Assembly: GCA_965215195.1 (NCBI GenBank)
Contig: CBDCDC010000001.1
Coordinates: 640,001-704,000, forward strand
Source: Candidatus Latescibacterota bacterium
GTDB lineage: Bacteria; Latescibacterota; UBA2968; UBA8231
Length of the DNA: 64,000 bases
Reading direction: 5' to 3'
A program made the translations under genes and the position numbers. Shown here piece by piece: positions 55,947 to 64,000 of the stretch. Positions within the stretch are counted from its first letter, which is position 1. Each line of letters opens with the position of its first letter. The notes under the pieces are model-generated. The model was not told the origin of the DNA. It did no database searches and saw nothing but the letters and a program-made list of their open reading frames with translations.

Positions 55947-58586
55947 CTACACCCCGCCGGTGGCAGCGAAGATGCGGACGAAGACGACCGATTGCTTCTG
56001 GGTCTGCTCGGCGAAGAACTGGCGCTCTAGGAGGAAGCCGGCGTTCATGGTCAGCTCGTACCCTTGATAGGACGACACATTGGTCAGCAGGGCCGAAAAG
56101 ACGAGGCTGCGGAAGTCCTCGACATAGCTCGGCGAGGCCTCGGCCGGGCGCTCGGCGAGGTTCTCGAAGAGGCTGAATTCAACGCCGAAGTCCAAGAGCG
56201 TCTTAGGCAGGAGCGCGTACTGGCCGATAAAGAAAAAGCTCTCGGTCAGTTCGTTGGCCTCCAAACCGGCCAGCGCAGTGGGCGTTTCTCGCTGGTACAT
56301 GCTCTTCCACTTGGGATAGAGGGCGAGCCGGTCGCTGGGGCGGATGGCGTAATCGGCCTTGTTGATCAGGCCCAAAAACGAGCGGTCGCGCTTTAGGCTG
56401 GCCTGCGCGCCGAGCTGGTTGAAGTGCTCGTACTTCAGCTTGCCCTCGACGTTGAGGTTGCGGATGCGAAAGTAGCGAGCCTGCAAGTACAGGGCGTTGA
56501 CAAAGGTATCTTGGTTGTCGAGCGGATCCGCAAAATCCGTCAGGCCGATGGGATCGCGCCAGACGACGCGGTCTTCGGGCAAGGTGTCGGCCACTAGTTT
56601 GGCGTGTTCAAACAGGGCGATGTCCAGCCCGGGATAGGATTTTTCCAAGGTCAGCAGCCCGTAAAACGAGCGGCTCTCGCGGTCGCTGCTCAATTGGTGC
56701 TCGGCGAGCCGGCCGACGGTTAGCCGGGTGCTCTCGGTGATTTTTAATCCCCCGTATGCGTTGTAGCCGCGGTGGTCGCGCTCGTAGGGATAGTCGGGCA
56801 AGCGGTCGTCCTCAAAGCGGTCGATGATCGTATTGTTGTTCATGTCCATGCCAAAGAGAAACTCCGGCGGATCGACCTGATAGCGGAGAAAAGGCTCGAC
56901 GTAATCCGGGCGGCTGTTCTGGTTTTGGTTGAAGTCCGAGATAAAATCGTTGTTCTCGTCTAGCCCGGGGAAAATTTCGGTGTCGCGGCCCAGCGAGCCG
57001 CCCGTGCCGCCAAACCCTTGGCTCTGGCGATAGCGCTGCCAGTCGGTGAAGCGATCTTGGTCGTCGTTGTCATCGACGAATTCAAAGAGGTTTTGCGTCT
57101 CGCTGGCGTAGTCGATGACCCCGCCCGGGTCGGCGATAAAGGCCGTGGTGCTGTAATCGGGGTCTATGGTGAACACCTCGCCGTACGCAAAGAAGGGGTA
57201 GCGCTGGTACGAGGCCGTGACGTAGCCGGCTTCGGCCGTTTCCTCGTGAGCGGGCAGCTTGCGGAAGTTTTGGTTGGGGAAGCGGCGGAAGCGGCGGTTG
57301 ACGGCCCATTCGGCCCGCAGGTCGAAGTGGGCGAGGTTAATAAGCTCCAAGTCCATGCCGATCACCTCGTGCCCGGTCGGCAGGCCGTAGGCAAAGCGCA
57401 CAAAGGTCTGGTTGGACCCATCGGTGATCTCGTCGCGGGCCTCGGCCACTGGCAAGAAGACCTGCTCGCCCCGGGCATTGGTCTGGAGATTGGAGGCGAT
57501 TTCTATGCGGTAGTCGTTGGACACCACCAGCTCGAATTCGAGCTTTTTGGCCTCGCGGAAGGTGCCCACTTTTTCGGTTGGGCTAAAATCGTTGCGAATG
57601 TCGTAGATAAGCTCAATTACGTCCGAGCCGCTCACTTCCAAAATGCCCTCGCGTCGCACGCCGCCGCGCACCAAGGGCGCGATTTCCGGGTGCAGCTCTC
57701 CGTCGATGATCACCTGATCGACGAAAAACGAGGCCCCGGTTTGCTCGGATTCGGGCGAGTCGTCCGCGATGCGGATGATGACCCGCTCGACATTGCCCGT
57801 ATTTTGGGGGCCGGTCAGCAGGCCCTTGAGCGAGTTGTCGCCGAGGCTCAGTTCGCTGCTGGTATTGGACACATTGACCCACGTCAGGCCCAGCTTGGCG
57901 AAGTCGCCCACTTGGGCCACGCCGCGCGCCCCGAGGAGGCGGGTCGTGTTTTCGAGCGTCGAAGACCCGGCCGCCTCGTTGAGCGCGGTAAACCCCGGCG
58001 CGTTGAGCCGCGAGCCGAGGAGGGTCAGCGCGTACTTGTCGGCGAGAAAATCCCACTGCAACCCGTTGAACGTGGGCTTGGAAAAGGTCAGGGGGGTGAG
58101 GGTCGTGCGGATGGCGTCGCCCACCGTCAGGGAGGTGTGGAACTGGCCGTGGCTGGCCGACGAGATGACGAGGCTGTCGAACCAGCGGCCAAAGCGGGTT
58201 CCCTTCAACAGGGCACTGCCCTGGCGCAGGGGGCTGGTTTCGGTCCAGTCGTAGATGACCCAGCCGCGGTTGATGTACTGGCCGAAGAGGTTGTAGTTGC
58301 GGGTGCCTTCGAGCAGGATGTTGACGTAGCGCTCGTAGTTGTCGCGGGCGTAGTTGCTGTATTCCCAGCCGCGCCACTGGTACTCGTAGTACAGATTCTG
58401 CGGCAAGTACCACTTGCGCCGGTTGGGCGCCAAGGCCCCGGGATGGATGCGCACCCCGCGAATCCCCGGTTGCTCAACCGGCCGAAAGCCGGTAGATAGC
58501 TGGGCAAAAGCCTTGGACTCCGAGAGTGCAAACGCGCACCACAACAGCAAGATCGGCCCTCTGCGGCAAAGGGTTGTCAGCCTCAT
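55947..58586 (-). CDS. Large secreted Asp-repeat / putative beta-barrel protein (copy B)
   Basis: Shares WY.PQ.LY, WEY.NYARD.Y.RYV, IRTTLTP.TFSKP.F.G, FVDDNDDQDR and FLFGMDMNNN with 29142-31838. Confidence 0.68.
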   Translation of the reverse strand: MRLTTLCRRGPILLLWCAFALSESKAFAQLSTGFRPVEQPGIRGVRIHPGALAPNRRKWYLPQNLYYEYQWRGWEYSNYARDNYERYVNILLEGTRNYNLFGQYINRGWVIYDWTETSPLRQGSALLKGTRFGRWFDSLVISSASHGQFHTSLTVGDAIRTTLTPLTFSKPTFNGLQWDFLADKYALTLLGSRLNAPGFTALNEAAGSSTLENTTRLLGARGVAQVGDFAKLGLTWVNVSNTSSELSLGDNSLKGLLTGPQNTGNVERVIIRIADDSPESEQTGASFFVDQVIIDGELHPEIAPLVRGGVRREGILEVSGSDVIELIYDIRNDFSPTEKVGTFREAKKLEFELVVSNDYRIEIASNLQTNARGEQVFLPVAEARDEITDGSNQTFVRFAYGLPTGHEVIGMDLELINLAHFDLRAEWAVNRRFRRFPNQNFRKLPAHEETAEAGYVTASYQRYPFFAYGEVFTIDPDYSTTAFIADPGGVIDYASETQNLFEFVDDNDDQDRFTDWQRYRQSQGFGGTGGSLGRDTEIFPGLDENNDFISDFNQNQNSRPDYVEPFLRYQVDPPEFLFGMDMNNNTIIDRFEDDRLPDYPYERDHRGYNAYGGLKITESTRLTVGRLAEHQLSSDRESRSFYGLLTLEKSYPGLDIALFEHAKLVADTLPEDRVVWRDPIGLTDFADPLDNQDTFVNALYLQARYFRIRNLNVEGKLKYEHFNQLGAQASLKRDRSFLGLINKADYAIRPSDRLALYPKWKSMYQRETPTALAGLEANELTESFFFIGQYALLPKTLLDFGVEFSLFENLAERPAEASPSYVEDFRSLVFSALLTNVSSYQGYELTMNAGFLLERQFFAEQTQKQSVVFVRIFAATGGV

Positions 58587-58867
58587 GATCCATCTCCTAA
58601 TGAGGGGGAAGCCCGCCTAGGCAGCGAGCGCTATCGGTTGACAATATACGCCCCGTTCCCACTGCCTACCAAGTCAGCAGCGCGCTGTCGCCTCCGCCAA
58701 AAACGGCATTCCCTTGCCGCAAATTTGTATCGCCTTTGTTTATTAGTTAATAATTAAAACCACTTCAGCAGCATCGTTTATCCGAAAGGAGGTTGCACAG
58801 CGTGCTGAACGACAGTTTCCACATTCCTTTTTCTTACTTCATCTCTTTCAATCAAGGAGCGTAGCAA

Positions 58868-59779
58868 ATGAGAAAGTTCGGCTTTTTCGCCTCGTCTTTT
58901 GGGCTGGCGTGCCTGCTGAGCACGGCCGCTTTTGCCCACGTAGGCGTTACTGTGTTCTACCCGCAGGTGCCCGATCCGGCGGCCATCACCATCGACGGCA
59001 ACGACGACGATTGGGGTTGGTACGACCCGGCCCTCGCCCTCAATCAGCCCGATTTCTTCGACCGGGCCAGCGATTTCGTCGAGTTGTCGGACTACGATTT
59101 CACCATCCTCAACGGCTGGTCGGCACCGCCGGACAACAAGTGGTACGGCTTTGCGCGTTTTGTCGACGACACCCTCAAGTACGATTCGCCCGTCAAGGAG
59201 TGGTGGAAGGACGACTGCTTGCAGATAACCGTTGATGCCGATCACCTCGGCGGGAATATCCTCGGTTCCGACCTCGAGCAGATCGCCAATGGCCAGCGCT
59301 GGCACGTGCGCATTTTCCCGCCGGCCGGCGAGTCCCTGTTGCCCAATCAGACCTGCTTCTTCTACAGCCAGCTAGAGTTCATCGACTCCCAAGAGTTGCT
59401 GTGGGGCGTGGAGCCGGAGTTTTTCGAGGCCGCGTGGACCGTCCTGCCAGCGGGTGCCGAGAACCTGACGGTTGGGCCGGTAACGTACACCTATGAGTGG
59501 CGGGGTGCCCTGTGGGACATCTGGGGCCTGAGCGAGGCCGAGAGCGTGCGGCACGTGTTTGCCGAGGACGACGTGATTCACCTCGGCTATCGCCCGCTCG
59601 ACGCCGACCGCCCCGGCGGTGGACGCAAACACTCCATGTACATCAACGACGGCAGCCAGTCGCAGGACGTCGACGCTTCGCAGATGCCCGACTTCTGGGC
59701 GCTGGCGGCGCCCGAGACCAGCGTGGAAAACGACACTTGGGGCCACATCAAAAACAGCATGTCCCAACGCCTCAAGTAG
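58868..59779 (+). CDS. Secreted CBM9-like protein with 'TSVE..TWG.IK' tail, divergent from module B
   Basis: Signal peptide AFA|H; ITIDGNDDDW; DADHLGG; ends TSVENDTWGHIKNSMSQRLK. Confidence 0.72.
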   Translation: MRKFGFFASSFGLACLLSTAAFAHVGVTVFYPQVPDPAAITIDGNDDDWGWYDPALALNQPDFFDRASDFVELSDYDFTILNGWSAPPDNKWYGFARFVDDTLKYDSPVKEWWKDDCLQITVDADHLGGNILGSDLEQIANGQRWHVRIFPPAGESLLPNQTCFFYSQLEFIDSQELLWGVEPEFFEAAWTVLPAGAENLTVGPVTYTYEWRGALWDIWGLSEAESVRHVFAEDDVIHLGYRPLDADRPGGGRKHSMYINDGSQSQDVDASQMPDFWALAAPETSVENDTWGHIKNSMSQRLK

Positions 59780-59796
59780 CAGTTCGCGGCGCAATC

Positions 59797-59832
59797 ACGA
59801 GGGAGGGGGGCTTTAGGCCTTCTCCCTCGTTT
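59797..59832 (+). terminator. Probable intrinsic terminator
   Basis: acgagggagg / tctccctcgt stem followed by a short T run. Confidence 0.6.
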
Positions 59833-59961
59833 CGCGTCTGTGCCAGATGTCGAGACGCTTGCAAACCAGATACAGCGGTCACGCGAACTGCTCGGCCCAT
59901 CGCAAGGACAGCCCAGACCACTCAAAGCGGTCTGGGCTGTCGTCGTGTGGAAGCTTATTAA

Positions 59962-60129
59962 GAAGCGGTCTGAAAATTCCGCGAACCGTCCCTTGTGTGC
60001 AGCAAACAATCGAGGAGCGAAGGCGTCTCGCCCGCGAAAAACGCGCCAGCCGAAGGCCGCTTGACCGCTACGCAACGCGGTCCGCCGGGGGTTTGTCACG
60101 CCTAAAGGCGCGGTGAAGCAGACCGCTTC
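59962..60129. mobile_element. MITE copy 2 (168 bp)
   Basis: Perfect 11-bp TIRs gaagcggtctg / cagaccgcttc flanked by TAA direct repeats (59959-61 and 60130-32). Confidence 0.8.
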
Positions 60130-60239
60130 TAAGGCCCGGTTTTATGCAGCGGCTCGCCCGGCTACCGGCTAATCCCGGCGGCCAAGAAAAAGGGTTTGAG
60201 TAGCCATTGCAAAGACGGTATTTTGGAAGGAGATCTACT

Positions 60240-60518
60240 GTGAAGCCGTTTACTTGTTTAATCAAAAAAGAAGGCAATCAGTACGCCTCGCTGTGCGTTG
60301 AGTTGGACATCGCCTCTTGTGGAAAAAATAAAAAACAAGCATTGGAAGGCTTGACAGACGCGGCGGAAGCCTATCTCGAGTACATGATTGCTGAGAATCG
60401 CCGCGACGAAATCTATCGGCCCGTGCCCATAGACGAACTCAAAGAATTCTTATTTTCTGGGGACGAGATTTCCGAACAATCGTTTAAGGCGATCCCGCTG
60501 GCCCTCGAACGTGCCTAA
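60240..60518 (+). CDS. HicB-like antitoxin (short RNase H-like fold)
   Basis: IKKEGNQYASLCVELDIASCG....AL..L.DA...YLE; GTG after aggag. Confidence 0.8.
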   Translation: MKPFTCLIKKEGNQYASLCVELDIASCGKNKKQALEGLTDAAEAYLEYMIAENRRDEIYRPVPIDELKEFLFSGDEISEQSFKAIPLALERA

Positions 60519-60741
60519 GAACCTGTCCAGCAGGGATGTAGCTTGGATATTGAACCAGATCGGCATACACCTCGCTAGGCGGGGCAAGGAAGATATTTTC
60601 GCGGGAGAGTACGGAGGCCGCAATCGCGTGGTCGTCGTGCCGCGAAACAAGCGCAGTATCCCCCAAGGCACATTGAGCTCGATCTGGCGTCAGGCAGGTA
60701 TCAACCGGAATATGGCCGAACAAATCTGGAACAGGCGATAG
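60511..60741 (+). CDS. HicA-like toxin (dsRBD fold)
   Basis: LSSRDV..IL..IG; VVVP...SIPQGTLSSIWRQAG; overlaps the hicB-like gene. Confidence 0.72.
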   Translation: MPKNLSSRDVAWILNQIGIHLARRGKEDIFAGEYGGRNRVVVVPRNKRSIPQGTLSSIWRQAGINRNMAEQIWNRR

Positions 60742-60800
60742 GAATAGCTACAGTTGATACTTTTGCCGATTCACTCACTTGTTGCATTGAAAGGAAGTAT

Positions 60801-61790
<990 letters not shown>

Positions 61791-61791
61791 C

Positions 61792-62691
61792 GTGAGCGAA
61801 GCCGTCTCCTACCTCCACCCGGAAACCATCTCGCGCCTCGCGCGCCTCGACCTGATTGCGCGCCTCGTGGTCGAGGGCTTTATCACCGGACTGCACCGCA
61901 GCCCGTACCACGGCTTCTCGGTCGAATTCTCCGAGCACCGTCCCTACTTGCCGGGCGATCCCCTGCGCGACCTCGATTGGAAGGCATACGCCAAGTCCGA
62001 CCGCCTGTACGTCAAACAGTACGAGGAGGAGACCAACCTCAAAGCCTATCTGCTGCTCGACGTGTCTGGCTCCATGGACTTTGCGGCCGGCGCACCCCTG
62101 AGCAAATTTCGCTACGCGACCTCCTTGGCGGCCGCGCTGGCGTACCTCATGCTCAAGCAGCGCGACGCGGTCGGCTTGTTGCTCTACCACCACCAGACCG
62201 AGGCGTACGTACCGCCGCGCTCGGTGCAAAGCCACCTCCAAGTCCTCCTCAAAACCATCGACCAAGCGAAGCCGCACAGCGAGACGCACATGGCCCCGGC
62301 CTTCCACGACCTCGCCGAGCGCATCCGCCGCCGCGGCCTCGTCATCGTGCTCTCCGACCTGCTCGACGCGCCCGACCAAGTCCTCGAAGGGCTGCGCCAC
62401 TTCCGCCACCTGCGGCACGAAGTGATCGTCTTCCACCTGCTCGACCCCCGCGAGCGCGACCTCGCCTTCCGCGACCAGACCCGCTTCTACGACCTCGAAG
62501 ACCCAGACCAAACCCTCACCACCCAGCCTTGGCACATCCAGCACGAATACCGCGCACTGATGGACGATCTGATCCAGACCTATCGGCTCGGGTGCGCCGA
62601 GGCCGGCATCGACTACGCCCTGCTCGACACGGCAACCCCCTTTGACGTGGCCCTATCGCGCTACTTGGCGCAGCGCAAAAAAATGGGCTAG
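61792..62691 (+). CDS. DUF58 (VWA-like) protein
   Basis: GLHRSPYHGFSVEFSEHRPY.PGD..R.LDWK; DVSGSM; VLSDL. Confidence 0.93.
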   Translation: MSEAVSYLHPETISRLARLDLIARLVVEGFITGLHRSPYHGFSVEFSEHRPYLPGDPLRDLDWKAYAKSDRLYVKQYEEETNLKAYLLLDVSGSMDFAAGAPLSKFRYATSLAAALAYLMLKQRDAVGLLLYHHQTEAYVPPRSVQSHLQVLLKTIDQAKPHSETHMAPAFHDLAERIRRRGLVIVLSDLLDAPDQVLEGLRHFRHLRHEVIVFHLLDPRERDLAFRDQTRFYDLEDPDQTLTTQPWHIQHEYRALMDDLIQTYRLGCAEAGIDYALLDTATPFDVALSRYLAQRKKMG

Positions 62692-62710
62692 TCGCTGCCC
62701 GCCCTGAAAC

Positions 62711-62738
62711 TTGACTTTTTTGTACAGATTCCTACGTT
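62711..62738 (+). promoter_or_regulatory. Candidate sigma70 promoter for sufB
   Basis: TTGACT-N16-TACGTT upstream of gaggag RBS. Confidence 0.4.
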
Positions 62739-62770
62739 CTTGAGACCGCGCCTAAATACGAGGAGCCACC

Positions 62771-64000
<1,230 letters not shown>

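Noticed and set aside
25128-58499. Long antisense ORFs such as 25128-26309, 29487-30404, 52829-53746 and 57018-58499
   Set aside because: Shadows of GC-rich genes on the opposite strand with no recognisable motifs
59840-60064. 74-aa ORF after the CBM9-like gene
   Set aside because: Runs into the MITE and shows no recognisable motif or RBS

Overview
GC-rich bacterial DNA interrupted by short AT-richer inserts. The gene content (many FlgD-Ig-tailed secreted proteins, DUF6785/6784-like permeases, C-terminal 'TAVE..WG..K' tails) suggests a Latescibacterota-like FCB lineage; this is inference only. Ordinary genes: wza/wzz-like pair, dut, a xanthine-dehydrogenase-family molybdoenzyme (M-S-L + MoaD), an MBL hydrolase, an enolase-superfamily dehydratase, a cysteine hydrolase, a PPIase with a sugar ABC transporter, a HAD hydrolase, an amidohydrolase, MoxR-DUF58 and a partial sufB. 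The main unexplained structure is a cell-envelope module present twice (about 13.6-35.2 kb and 49.6-59.8 kb). Each copy has a ~880-900 aa secreted protein with Asp-rich repeats and a barrel-like C-terminus, a DUF6785/6784-like permease, long and short discoidin-like/FlgD proteins that all end in Tyr, and a CBM9-like protein whose mature chain starts with His. It may be an undescribed uptake or surface-display system. Also seen: an 82-bp perfect inverted repeat that could invert the CBM9-like gene and promoter, capture of an abiEi promoter fragment by a CBM9-like gene, a MITE family with TWA target duplications, tandem genes with TonB-like anchors, four toxin-antitoxin-type loci and several gene relics. 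No rRNA, tRNA, CRISPR array or intact transposase was seen. All family calls come from motif recognition by eye, not database searches.
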